The notes: generated from the letters alone by a model not told the origin. DNA of 64,000 nt from Candidatus Lustribacter sp. (GCA_965277805.1 OZ255842.1:4544001-4608000); one strand, 5' to 3'. Positions 9,905-19,036 are shown, numbered from the stretch's first letter. Numbers and translations: made by a program.

Positions 9905-11316
9905 CGCAACCCATCACCACCCTCGAAAAGCCGCCCTCACCCGGCGCACCGCATCGCGCGGAGCTGCCGCTGCCGGTCGAACGCACGCTCGCCAACGGCT
10001 TACGCGTGATCGCGTTCCCGCAGCGCAGCGCGCCGAAGGCCTACGCCGTTCCGATCATCGCAGCGCAACTGATCGTCCGCGGCGGCGCGTCGGCCGAGAG
10101 CGAAGCCGAAGCCGGCCTGGCCACGCTGACCGCCTCGCTGATCACGCAGGGCACGGCCACGCGGTCGGCCGTCGAGATCGCGCAAGCCGTCGACGGTTTG
10201 GGCGCGCGCCTCGATGCGGGCTCGGGCTACGATGCCTCAACCGTTTCCATCACCGCGCTCACGCACGTGTTTTCCGACGCCTTCGCATTGTTCGATGAGG
10301 TCGTGCGGCAGCCGTCGTTCCCGCAATCCGAAGTCGAGCGCGTGCGCGCGAAGGCGATCGGCGATCTGGCGCTCAGCTACAGCAGTCCGAGTGCATTGGC
10401 GCGCTTCGTTGCCCAGCGCGTCGCGTTCGGCTCGGCGCCGTACGGTCACCCGGTTGCCGGCACCGCGGAAACGCTCGCCGCGCTCGACCGCGACCGCATC
10501 GTCGCGTTCCACGCGCGTTTCTTCCGGCCCGACAACGCCACGCTGATCATCGGCGGCGATCTGGCTCCGGACGATGCGTTTGCGCTGGCCGAAAAGCAGT
10601 TCGGCAGTTGGCGCGCGCCGGCCGAATCCGTGCCGGAGCCGGCGACGGTGACCGCGCCGCCGCCGCGTTCGCGCGTCGTGATCGTCGACAAACCCGATGC
10701 CGGCCGTACGGCGATTCTCGTGGGCCGGGTGGGCATCTCGCGGCGCGCGAAAACGTATGCGGCCGGCGTCGTCGCGACCGCCGTGCTTTCGGGCTACAGC
10801 GGCCGGCTCAATCAGGAAGTGCGCGTGAAGCGCGGGCTCTCGTACGGCGCCGGCGCGCAATTGATCGCGCGCCGCGAACCGGGGCTGTTTCTCGCCTCGA
10901 CGCTGGTCGACCACACGAAGGTTGAAGAAGCGGTGACCGTGGTGCTCGATACGCTGCGCGGTCTTGCGACGACGGTGCCTGAGGCGCAAGAACTCGTGAC
11001 GCGCAAGGCGACGATCAGCGGCGGCTTCTCGCGTTCGATCGAAACCATCGACGGCGTCGCCGGCGTGCTCGGCGAACTCGCGCTCTACGGAATGCCGCTC
11101 ACTGATCTCGGCGAGTACTTGCCGGAGATCGAAGCGGTCGATCCCGCGATGGTGCAGCAATTCGCCGCCGCGACGTTCGATGAGCTGTTCATCGTGCTGG
11201 TGGGCGATGCGCAAGTTTTCGGTGCGGCGATTGCCGCTGCGCATCCGAACACGTCGGTGATTCCGTTGGCCCAGCTCGATCTCGGCCAACCCACGGCCGT
11301 AAAGGCGCCTGAGTAG
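9901..11316 (+). CDS. M16 family peptidase, non-catalytic partner subunit
   Basis: GTG start overlaps the upstream stop. M16 fold motifs (LANGLRV, FRPDNATLIIGGD, RLNQEVRVKRGLSYGA) are present but there is no HxxEH. Confidence 0.85.
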   Translation: MTQPITTLEKPPSPGAPHRAELPLPVERTLANGLRVIAFPQRSAPKAYAVPIIAAQLIVRGGASAESEAEAGLATLTASLITQGTATRSAVEIAQAVDGLGARLDAGSGYDASTVSITALTHVFSDAFALFDEVVRQPSFPQSEVERVRAKAIGDLALSYSSPSALARFVAQRVAFGSAPYGHPVAGTAETLAALDRDRIVAFHARFFRPDNATLIIGGDLAPDDAFALAEKQFGSWRAPAESVPEPATVTAPPPRSRVVIVDKPDAGRTAILVGRVGISRRAKTYAAGVVATAVLSGYSGRLNQEVRVKRGLSYGAGAQLIARREPGLFLASTLVDHTKVEEAVTVVLDTLRGLATTVPEAQELVTRKATISGGFSRSIETIDGVAGVLGELALYGMPLTDLGEYLPEIEAVDPAMVQQFAAATFDELFIVLVGDAQVFGAAIAAAHPNTSVIPLAQLDLGQPTAVKAPE

Positions 11317-11319
11317 CGG

Positions 11320-11360
11320 CCCCTCGACGACGCGCCTTACGGCGCTTTGCTCGGGGTGAC
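11320..11360 (-). repeat. REP-like imperfect palindrome (GTCA-CCCCGAGC...TCGAGGGG)
   Basis: Fills the gap between convergent genes, has an internal GCGCC-GTAA-GGCGC hairpin and is related to the element at 38660-38683. Confidence 0.55.
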
Positions 11361-12334
11361 TAGGGCAGGAGGATGGCTTTGCCGCTGGTTTTGCGGGCTT
11401 CGAGGTCGCGGTGGGCTTGGGCGGCTTCGGTGAGGTTGTAGCGGTTGGAGACGCGGATTTCGAGATCGCCGTCGAGGATCGCTTCGAAGATCTCGGTTGC
11501 GCGCGGGGCGAGTTCGGCGTGCGTGCGCGCGAAATGGCCGAACGTCGGGCGGCTGAAGAATACCGAACCGGCGGCGGAGAGCGTTTGCGGATCGATCGGC
11601 GGCACCTTGCCGCTCGACGCGCCGTAGAGCACGAACGAACCGCGCACGCGCAGCGATCGTAAGCTGCGCTCCCACGTATCTTTGCCGACGGAATCGTACA
11701 CTGCATCGACGCCCGTGCCGCCGGTGATCTCTTTGACCACCGGCTCGAAGTCGACGGCGCTGTAGTCGATCGCGTGATCGGCGCCGGCGCTCTTCGCGAG
11801 CGCGACTTTCTCCGGGCCGCCGGCGGTGGCGATCACGGTCGCGCCGCGGCGTTTGGCGAGCTGCACGAGGATGCGACCGACGCCGCCGGCGGCGGCATGG
11901 ATCAGCACGCAATCGCCCTTGCGAATGTCGTGCGAATCGGCCGCCAGATATTGTGCGGTCATCGCTTGCAGCATCGCGGCGCACGCGACGTCGTCGGCGA
12001 TTCCGGGCGGGACCTCGACGCACAATCGGGCCGGCACGGTGACGTGCTCGGCATAGCTGCCGAGGTTCGGGCTGTCGGGATAACCGACGCGCATTCCGGC
12101 GGTGAACTCCGCGACGCCCTCGCCCACCGCTTCGACGATGCCGACGCCTTCGCGGCCCGGGACGAACGGCAACGCGTGCGCGTAGGTGCCGGTGCGCAAG
12201 TACACGTCGATGTAGTTGACGCCGATCGCGGTGTGGCGGATGAGCAGTTCGCCCGCGGCCGCCCTGGGCACGTCGCTCGCTGCGAGCTGGAGCACTTCGG
12301 GACCGCCGGTGCGGTCGACGCGTATGACCTTCAC
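11360..12334 (-). CDS. qor: NADPH:quinone oxidoreductase (zeta-crystallin/MDR family)
   Basis: GGPEVL, AIGVNYID, HAAAGGVG, VYDSVGKDT and AHRDLEARKTSGK. Confidence 0.9.
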   Translation of the reverse strand: MKVIRVDRTGGPEVLQLAASDVPRAAAGELLIRHTAIGVNYIDVYLRTGTYAHALPFVPGREGVGIVEAVGEGVAEFTAGMRVGYPDSPNLGSYAEHVTVPARLCVEVPPGIADDVACAAMLQAMTAQYLAADSHDIRKGDCVLIHAAAGGVGRILVQLAKRRGATVIATAGGPEKVALAKSAGADHAIDYSAVDFEPVVKEITGGTGVDAVYDSVGKDTWERSLRSLRVRGSFVLYGASSGKVPPIDPQTLSAAGSVFFSRPTFGHFARTHAELAPRATEIFEAILDGDLEIRVSNRYNLTEAAQAHRDLEARKTSGKAILLP

Positions 12335-12363
12335 GCGACTGCCAACCCGTCCGCAAACAAGCG

Positions 12364-12389
12364 GGTTTCCCGCTGCCGCGGGTGGGTAC
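12364..12389 (+). promoter_or_regulatory. putative SigB/SigF-type promoter (GGTTT-N15-GGGTAC)
   Basis: Lies upstream of the GAGGAG RBS and ATG 12426. Confidence 0.55.
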
Positions 12390-12425
12390 GTTCTGCGCTA
12401 CCCGATCGCCGAGGAGTCACAACCC

Positions 12426-12590
12426 ATGGAACGCCGCGACCTCTACCAAGACGACCTGACGGACGAACGTCAGCCCACGCCCGCGCAGCGCGATGACGTC
12501 GCGCGCACGGAAGTCCTCGACCCCGATCAGCCCGTTGCCGTCGACGACGTCGATGACGAAGACGAGCTCGAAGACGAATTGGACGACTAA
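12426..12590 (+). CDS. small highly acidic hypothetical protein (54 aa)
   Basis: Strong RBS GAGGAG at 12411, host-like codons and a D/E-rich tail DDVDDEDELEDELDD. It fills the intergenic gap. Confidence 0.7.
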   Translation: MERRDLYQDDLTDERQPTPAQRDDVARTEVLDPDQPVAVDDVDDEDELEDELDD

Positions 12591-13736
12591 CTATTTGAGC
12601 ATGAACGTCGAGGGGTGCGCCTGCTTGAGGTAGGTGAACTTTCCGTCTTTGAGCGTGTAGTAGTAGATCTGCGGCTGCAGCGGATCGCCGAATGCGGTGA
12701 ATGAGTACGTGCCGGTCATCGTGTCGATCGGCGTGCCCTGCGCGATCTGCCGTACGAGCACGGCGCGGTTGGTACTGCCGGTCGCCGTCACGGCATTGAT
12801 GATGATCTGCGTCGCGGCGTAACCGAACGCTGCGAACGCGTCCATCTGGCCCCAGTGCTGCTGGAAATCCTGAACCCAGCGCACCGTCGCCGGTGCGAAC
12901 GGAAGATACGGCATCGACGTCGAGACCATCATGCCGTCGGAGGCGGGGCCGAGCTTCAGCGCACCACCGTCGAAGAATCCTTGCGAGGCGCCGATCGGTC
13001 CGGTATAGCCCTTTGTGCGCAGCATGCCCACGATCGGCCCCATGTCGCCGACGATGCCCGCCAGGAACACGTAATCCGGTCCCGCGACGAGCGCCTTGTC
13101 GACGACGGCCGCAAAGTCGGGATGATCGTAGGCAAACTGCTGGTACTGGGCTTGGGTGTTTTGGGCTTTCATCGCCGCGAGAAAACCGTTGGCCACGTCG
13201 GCGCCGTAGTCGGCGTCCTGCACGAAGACGTACGCGAGTTTCGGTTTGTACTGCGCGATCACGGTGCGCGCGAAGAGCTGTCCCTCGAACGAATCCTTGG
13301 TCGGTAAACGAAACACGTTGCGGTACTGCGTCGCGGTGATGCGATCGTCGGTGCTCAACGGCACGATCAGCGGAACCTGCGCCGGCCCGTAGTTCTGAAT
13401 CCCTTGCAGCGTCGCATCCGAACTCAAATGGCCGATCGCTGCGACGACGGAACTGTCGCCGGTCGCGAAGCTGGATTGGATCAGCGCGTTGGCAGCGGTG
13501 TTCTGATCGTCGAACGGGCGCATCGCGTACGTGCGCTGCAGCGAGCCGGCCAATTCGTTGTTGTACTGAATGCACGCTTGCACGCCCGCGCTCAGCCGCA
13601 TGCCGATCGGTTTTGCCGAGCCGCTGAGCGGCGCGACCAGCGCGATCGACACCGAGGGCACGATGTTCGGGAAGACCGGCGTGGTGGCGGCGACCGTCGT
13701 CGCGCCGGCGCCGGCGAGGAAATCCGAGCGGAGCAT
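12591..13736 (-). CDS. Branched-chain amino acid (LivJ-like) ABC substrate-binding protein
   Basis: Tat-like start MLRSDFLAG, IALVAPLSG, DDQ, AIGHLSS and FRLPTKDSFEG. The start overlaps the upstream stop (TAATG). Confidence 0.85.
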   Translation of the reverse strand: MLRSDFLAGAGATTVAATTPVFPNIVPSVSIALVAPLSGSAKPIGMRLSAGVQACIQYNNELAGSLQRTYAMRPFDDQNTAANALIQSSFATGDSSVVAAIGHLSSDATLQGIQNYGPAQVPLIVPLSTDDRITATQYRNVFRLPTKDSFEGQLFARTVIAQYKPKLAYVFVQDADYGADVANGFLAAMKAQNTQAQYQQFAYDHPDFAAVVDKALVAGPDYVFLAGIVGDMGPIVGMLRTKGYTGPIGASQGFFDGGALKLGPASDGMMVSTSMPYLPFAPATVRWVQDFQQHWGQMDAFAAFGYAATQIIINAVTATGSTNRAVLVRQIAQGTPIDTMTGTYSFTAFGDPLQPQIYYYTLKDGKFTYLKQAHPSTFMLK

Positions 13737-14173
13737 TATGCGACAGGCTTCGCCGCCGCCTCCGAGCCGTCCAAGCGGGCGCGCAACTCGGGCGGAATCG
13801 GCGCTTTGGCCGGCCGTCCTGCGGCGAGCGTTACGTAGACGCGCTGCTCGAAGCCGCGCGCGCACGTTTTCCCAGAAAGCGTTCGCACCTCGTGCTCGAC
13901 GCGCAGCGACGACTCGCCGATTGATGCCACCGTCGAGACGATCTCGATCTCTTCATCGAATTGCAACGGCGCGAGAAACGTCGCCCCGCACTCGACGAGC
14001 GGCAGCGGAAACTTCGGCTTGCCGTGCGCGTCGCGCGCGTAGGCGTCGTCGCCGCGGAGCAAGCCGTGCGTGCCCGAGTCGAACCACGCAAAATAGGTCG
14101 GGTAGAACACGATGCCCGCGGCGTCGGTCTCGCCGAAGCGGACGCGCGTGCGAATGACCGATTGCGCGCCCAC
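13736..14173 (-). CDS. Acyl-CoA thioesterase (4-hydroxybenzoyl-CoA thioesterase / hot-dog fold)
   Basis: RVRFGETDAAGIVFYPTYFAWFD signature. Confidence 0.9.
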   Translation of the reverse strand: MGAQSVIRTRVRFGETDAAGIVFYPTYFAWFDSGTHGLLRGDDAYARDAHGKPKFPLPLVECGATFLAPLQFDEEIEIVSTVASIGESSLRVEHEVRTLSGKTCARGFEQRVYVTLAAGRPAKAPIPPELRARLDGSEAAAKPVA

Positions 14174-14890
14174 CTAAGCGGCCGGCAGATCCGGCAGCTT
14201 CAAATCGAGCTTCTCGACCAGCACGCGGGCGCGGCCCATATAGTCGGCGCGCATCGCTTCGTTCGTGCGCTCCTTGATGCCCCACTTGCGATAGAGCTTG
14301 TTGTTCTCGGATTCGGCGCGGCCGAAGAACGCCGGCAGCGTGGGATAGAGTTTGTCGATCCCGGCCTGCACGCCGGCGCGTCCCTCTTTCGTCTTGACGA
14401 GATCCGTGCACGCGCGCTCGCCGAAGGTGGCGTGAAATTTCTCTTCCGGCATCGTGATCTTGGCGGCTTTGCGCAGCGGCACGTAGCTGCAGTTGAGCAA
14501 ATCTTCGACTTGCAGAATCTCGGCCAGATCGCCGATCATCTTCAGCACGCAGAACTCGGCCCAGCCGCTCAGCGTCGTATCGAAGATGTTGAGCGAGCGT
14601 TTCTCGGTGCGGCCGGGAATCATCGCGTCTTCCGGTACGCCGAGCGCGGCGCCCATTTTTGCGAAGCGCACGTGGTGGCCGTACTCTTCCATCGCGATCC
14701 GGCACGCATGCCACTTCCAGTACGGCGTCGGCGCGAAGGCGATCGCCGGTTCGTCGTACACCGTCGCGCCCGCGAGCTCGTTGATCGCATGGCTGACGAT
14801 GATCTTCTTGACGAGGTCGCCGTACTCAGCCGGTTGCGCGGCTAATTCGGCAGGCGTATTGACGACGAACGGTTCGGCTTGCGTAGACAC
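14174..14890 (-). CDS. PaaA/PaaC-family ferritin-like di-iron protein (CoA-ester epoxidase-like)
   Basis: HAINELAG, APT, EEYGH, GDLAE, CSYVPL, EEKFH and KWGIKERTNE parallel PaaA motifs. Confidence 0.8.
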   Translation of the reverse strand: MSTQAEPFVVNTPAELAAQPAEYGDLVKKIIVSHAINELAGATVYDEPAIAFAPTPYWKWHACRIAMEEYGHHVRFAKMGAALGVPEDAMIPGRTEKRSLNIFDTTLSGWAEFCVLKMIGDLAEILQVEDLLNCSYVPLRKAAKITMPEEKFHATFGERACTDLVKTKEGRAGVQAGIDKLYPTLPAFFGRAESENNKLYRKWGIKERTNEAMRADYMGRARVLVEKLDLKLPDLPAA

Positions 14891-14899
14891 GGTGTGCTC

Positions 14900-15829
14900 C
14901 TAGAGAACGGGGGTCGTGGAAAACGCGTCGAGATCGGTTTCGAGCGCGGTGAAGTGCGGGGCGAACTCGGCGTCGACGAGCGCCGCTAGATCGTCCAGCG
15001 ACGGGCCGGCAGTGGTGGTGGCCCGCGCCAGCGGGCGCGGTTGCGAGAACACGAACGTTTCACGCCCGCGTACGCCGAACACCTGTCCCGTGATGTGCTG
15101 GGCGCGCGTCGAGCACAGAAACGAGGCGAAGCGGCCGATCGGCGCCGGCGGAATCGAGAGCGCGTCGGCTTTATAGACGGCCTGAGCGGGCGTGGCCGGC
15201 ACGATCGTCTCGGTGACGCGCGAGGCCGCGAACGGCGCGATCATGTTCGAGGTGACCCCGCTGCGCGCCATGTCGAGTGCCGCGATGCGCATCAAGCCGA
15301 ACAGGCCCGCCTTGGCGCTGGCGTACGCGCTCTGACCGTAGTTGCCGTAGAGCGCGGCGGTCGAGCCGATCGTGATGATCCGGCCCCAACCCGCGCGCGA
15401 GCTCTTCGCGTTCTCGCGCAAAACGGGCGTCGCCGCGCGCAACAGGTCGTAGGCGGCGGTGAGGTCGGTCGCGACGACGGCTTCGAAGTCGGCGCGATTG
15501 CCCTTGAATAAAAATGCATCGCGCAGAATCGCGGCGTTGTTCACGATGATGTCGAGGCCGCCGAAGTGCTCTTGCGCGAGCTCGACCGCCGCATCCGCAA
15601 ATCCCGGAGCGGTGATGCTGAGCGACATCGGCACGACCGCGTCGCCGCACTCTTGCGCGAACGCCGCGATCAGCGCGGGATCTTCCGTCCGGCCGTCGAT
15701 CGATGACCCGTTATCGGCGGCGACCACGTGCGCGCCGTGCGCGATCAGGTCGCGCACGATCGCCGCCCCGACGCCGCGTGCGGCGCCGGTAACGATCGCG
15801 ACGCGTCCGGCTAATGCTCCGTCGTTCAT
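14900..15829 (-). CDS. SDR family oxidoreductase (3-hydroxyacyl-CoA dehydrogenase-like)
   Basis: TGAARGVG, NNAAILRD, YASAK (YxxxK) and HITGQVFGVRG. Confidence 0.9.
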   Translation of the reverse strand: MNDGALAGRVAIVTGAARGVGAAIVRDLIAHGAHVVAADNGSSIDGRTEDPALIAAFAQECGDAVVPMSLSITAPGFADAAVELAQEHFGGLDIIVNNAAILRDAFLFKGNRADFEAVVATDLTAAYDLLRAATPVLRENAKSSRAGWGRIITIGSTAALYGNYGQSAYASAKAGLFGLMRIAALDMARSGVTSNMIAPFAASRVTETIVPATPAQAVYKADALSIPPAPIGRFASFLCSTRAQHITGQVFGVRGRETFVFSQPRPLARATTTAGPSLDDLAALVDAEFAPHFTALETDLDAFSTTPVL

Positions 15830-15841
15830 TCCACCGACGAT

Positions 15842-16207
15842 TTACCGGGAAGCGGCGGGCAAATACTCCTTGGGAATCGGGGTTCCCGGTGCGGCCACGA
15901 ACGCGGATGCGGTTCGGCCGCTCATCAGCGTCACGAACAGCACGCCGGTTTCCCGCGCGTCCTCGAACAGCCGGGTCGCGCAGATCATGCGCCAGCCGTG
16001 CGGCATTTTCTCCGGCTTCTCGAGCAAGCCCGGAAACGGCGGATCGGTGCGCCAGCCGTTGGCGGCTTCGAACTCCGGCACGGTAATGTGCTTCGCTCGC
16101 GTGAAAAACTCTTCGGCCGTCTCCGCGCCGGGAACGGGATTGCCGACGCACGCGCTCGCGTGATCGGCGTATGAATCGGTGATGAACGTTCTCTGGTAAC
16201 TGTCCAT
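15842..16207 (-). CDS. hypothetical protein (121 aa)
   Basis: Co-oriented between pnp and the SDR operon with host-like codon usage. No recognisable motif. Confidence 0.6.
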   Translation of the reverse strand: MDSYQRTFITDSYADHASACVGNPVPGAETAEEFFTRAKHITVPEFEAANGWRTDPPFPGLLEKPEKMPHGWRMICATRLFEDARETGVLFVTLMSGRTASAFVAAPGTPIPKEYLPAASR

Positions 16208-16269
16208 TTCGACGCCAGCGCTTGGCGAACGATCGTTTGAGAACCCTGCCGGCGGCGCGAACTGTGAGC

Positions 16270-16302
16270 AAAACGGGCGCCGGCATGTTGCCGGCGCCCG
16301 TT
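16270..16302 (-). terminator. intrinsic terminator of pnp
   Basis: Minus strand AACGGGCGCCGGCA-ACA-TGCCGGCGCCCGTT with a short T run, about 25 nt after the pnp stop. Confidence 0.75.
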
Positions 16303-16326
16303 CCTGTTTCGTCCGAACCCGTGCGT

Positions 16327-18555
16327 TTAGTCGCGGCGGGGTGGGCGGCGTCCGCGGCCGCGCGGCGCGCCGTTGCGCTCACCGCCCGCACCGGCGGGTT
16401 CTTCGCTGCGCGGCGCAGGCGCCGCACCGTTGGTATCATCGGTCGCGCCGCCGAGAACGGCCTTGCGCGAGAGGTTGATACGGCCTTGCGAATCGATCTC
16501 GACGACCTTGACCATGATCTGGTCGCCGATCTTGACCACGTCTTCGACGCGCTCGACGCGTTGCGGCGCGAGCTGCGAGATATGGACGAGGCCTTCCTTG
16601 CCCGGCAAGATCGCGACGAACGCACCGAAGTTCATCAATCGCGTTACCGTGCCGAGGTAGGTCTCACCGACTTGCACCGACTTGGTCAACGATTCGACCA
16701 TGCCTTTGGCCTTCTCCGCGGCGACACCGTCGGGCGCGGAGATGTAGACGTGACCGTCGTTTTCGATGTCCATCTTGACGCCGGTGTCGGCAATGATCTT
16801 GTTGATGACCTTGCCGCCGGGCCCGATGACGTCTTTGATCTTGTCCGGCGGAATCGTCAGCACGATCATCCGCGGCGCGTACGCACTCATCTCAGTGCGC
16901 GCGGCCGGCAGCGTTTCCTTGAGCTTGTCGATGATCGACAGGCGGGCTTTCTTCGCTTGACCCAGCGCTTCGCGCATGATGTCGATCGTGATGCCGTCGA
17001 CCTTGATGTCCATCTGAATTGCGGTGATCCCATCGACCGTGCCCGCAACCTTGAAGTCCATCTCGCCGAGCGAATCTTCCATGCCTTGGATATCGGTGAG
17101 GACCGCATGCTTCTTGCCGTGCAAGATCAGGCCCATCGCGATGCCGCCCACGTGCTTCGGAATCGGCACGCCGGCGTCCATCAGCGCGAGCGTCGAACCG
17201 CAGATCGACGCCATCGACGACGAGCCGTTGGATTCGAGCGTTTCGCTGACCAAGCGCATCGTGTAGGGGAACTCGTCCTGCGGCGGCAGGATCGGCACCA
17301 GCGCGCGTTCCGCGAGGTGACCGTGGCCGATTTCGCGGCGGCCGGGTCCGCGCATCGGGCGCGTCTCGCCGACCGAATACGGCGGGAAGTTGTAGTAGTG
17401 CATGTAGCGCTTGTTCGGAATCGCCATGATGCCGTCGAGGCGCTGTTCGTCACCGATCGAACCGAGGGTTGCGGCGGTGAGCACTTGCGTTTGGCCGCGC
17501 GTGAAAACGCCGGTGCCGTGAACGCGCGGCAGAATGCCGACCTTCGACCAGATCGGGCGGATCTCGTCGGCTTTGCGGCCGTCGGGACGCAGTTTCTCGT
17601 CGACGACCATTACGCGCAGTTCTTCTTCCTCCATCGACTTGATGATGGAATCGAAGTCTTTGCTGTTCTTGTCTTCGAGCAGCGCTTTGATCTCGGCGTC
17701 TTTCGGGCCGACTTTTTCGAGCGCGGTTTCCTTCGAGAATTTTGCGAAGGCCGAATTGCGTTCGCCCTTCTCGACGATGCGCATCGCCTTGGCGACGTCT
17801 TTTTTGAACGTCTTACGGACCCACGCATCGAGCGTCGAGTTGACGGTGAGCAGCGGATAGGTCCGCTTTTTCTTGCCGGCTTTTTTCGCCAGCTGGTTGA
17901 TCGCGGTAACGATCTTCTTGACCGCCGCATGGCCGAACTCAACGGCGCCGAGCAGATCTTCCTCGGAAATTTCGTGGCCGCCGCCTTCAACCATCATCAC
18001 GCCGTCGAGCGTACCGGCGATGACGATGTCCATGCCGCCGGATTCGTATTCGGGCAGCGTGGGGTTGATGATGTACTTACCGTTTTCGTCGCGGCCGACG
18101 CGCACGGCGGCAACGTTCTTGTCGAACGGAATGTCGGACACGGCGAGCGCCGCACCGGCGCCGCACACGGCGAGCACGTCGGCATCGAGTTCGCGATCGA
18201 TCGAGAGCACCGTCGTCACGATCATGACGTCGTTGCGGAAGCCTTCTTGAAAGAGCGGGCGGATGGGGCGATCGATTTGACGCGCGCTCAGCGTGCCGTG
18301 CTCGGAGGCACGGCCTTCGCGCTTGATGTAGCCGCCCGGGATCTTGCCCGCGGCATACATCTTCTCTTCAAATTCGCACGTCAGCGGAAAGAAATCGACG
18401 CCCGAGCGCGGTTGCTCCGAGGCGGTGACACAGGCGAGGACAACGTTCGCATCGCCGTAACGGACGAGGACGCTGCCGTTGGCTTGCTTAGCAAGCTCGC
18501 CGGTCTCGAATGTCAGGGTGCGACCCCCGATCTCGAGAGAGACGGATTCTGGCAC
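16327..18555 (-). CDS. pnp: Polyribonucleotide nucleotidyltransferase (PNPase)
   Basis: FFPLT, AAGKIPGG..KREG, RQIDRPIRPLF, RREIGHG, ESNGSSSMAS and DFKVAGT, plus KH and S1 domains. Confidence 0.98.
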   Translation of the reverse strand: MPESVSLEIGGRTLTFETGELAKQANGSVLVRYGDANVVLACVTASEQPRSGVDFFPLTCEFEEKMYAAGKIPGGYIKREGRASEHGTLSARQIDRPIRPLFQEGFRNDVMIVTTVLSIDRELDADVLAVCGAGAALAVSDIPFDKNVAAVRVGRDENGKYIINPTLPEYESGGMDIVIAGTLDGVMMVEGGGHEISEEDLLGAVEFGHAAVKKIVTAINQLAKKAGKKKRTYPLLTVNSTLDAWVRKTFKKDVAKAMRIVEKGERNSAFAKFSKETALEKVGPKDAEIKALLEDKNSKDFDSIIKSMEEEELRVMVVDEKLRPDGRKADEIRPIWSKVGILPRVHGTGVFTRGQTQVLTAATLGSIGDEQRLDGIMAIPNKRYMHYYNFPPYSVGETRPMRGPGRREIGHGHLAERALVPILPPQDEFPYTMRLVSETLESNGSSSMASICGSTLALMDAGVPIPKHVGGIAMGLILHGKKHAVLTDIQGMEDSLGEMDFKVAGTVDGITAIQMDIKVDGITIDIMREALGQAKKARLSIIDKLKETLPAARTEMSAYAPRMIVLTIPPDKIKDVIGPGGKVINKIIADTGVKMDIENDGHVYISAPDGVAAEKAKGMVESLTKSVQVGETYLGTVTRLMNFGAFVAILPGKEGLVHISQLAPQRVERVEDVVKIGDQIMVKVVEIDSQGRINLSRKAVLGGATDDTNGAAPAPRSEEPAGAGGERNGAPRGRGRRPPRRD

Positions 18556-18638
18556 AAATACTCCTAAATTTTTCTATTTTTTGTCGTTTGTTGTAACGAG
18601 CGAAGGTTCGAGCTTTCCCCGTTGATGTCATCCCAATG

Positions 18639-18675
18639 CGAAAAGCGTGCTGCCGGTTGGCAACACGCTCTTTCG
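18639..18675 (-). terminator. rpsO-pnp intergenic hairpin (terminator and/or RNase III site)
   Basis: Minus strand CGAAAGAGCGTGTTGCC-AACC-GGCAGCACGCTTTTCG, 9 nt after the rpsO stop. Confidence 0.65.
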
Positions 18676-18684
18676 TTGTCTTGG

Positions 18685-18954
18685 TTAGCGGCGCAGGCCG
18701 AGGTCGGCGATGAGCTTGCGGTAGCGCTCGAGATCTTTGTTCTGGAGGTAGCTGAGAAGGCGCCGGCGCTGTCCGACTTGCATGAGCAAGCCGCGGCGGC
18801 TGTGATGATCCTTCTTGTGGATCTTCAAATGCTCGGTCAGCTGGTTGATCGACGAAGTGAGGATCGCGATCTGCACGTCGGCTGAGCCGGTATCGTTGGG
18901 ACCGCGGCCGAATTTGGTCGCGATCTCCGTCTTTTGTTCTTTGGTTAACGGCAC
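18685..18954 (-). CDS. rpsO: 30S ribosomal protein S15
   Basis: [25 protein letters not shown] and LGLRR, upstream of pnp. Confidence 0.99.
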   Translation of the reverse strand: MPLTKEQKTEIATKFGRGPNDTGSADVQIAILTSSINQLTEHLKIHKKDHHSRRGLLMQVGQRRRLLSYLQNKDLERYRKLIADLGLRR

Positions 18955-18959
18955 GAAAC

Positions 18960-19036
18960 GGTAGTCTTTCCAGGGGAAATTGTCTCGCTCGGCTCCAGAA
19001 CCGCGTCAATGACGCATCCAGTCCGGCGACCGGCGA
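18960..19036 (-). ncRNA. putative structured rpsO 5' leader (S15 autoregulatory element)
   Basis: Nested stems (GCGTCA/TGACGC, CCGGAC/GTTCTGG, TCG/CGA) lie between the promoter and the start codon. Confidence 0.5.

Noticed and set aside
16222..18567. 781-aa plus-strand ORF
   Set aside because: It is an antisense shadow of pnp.
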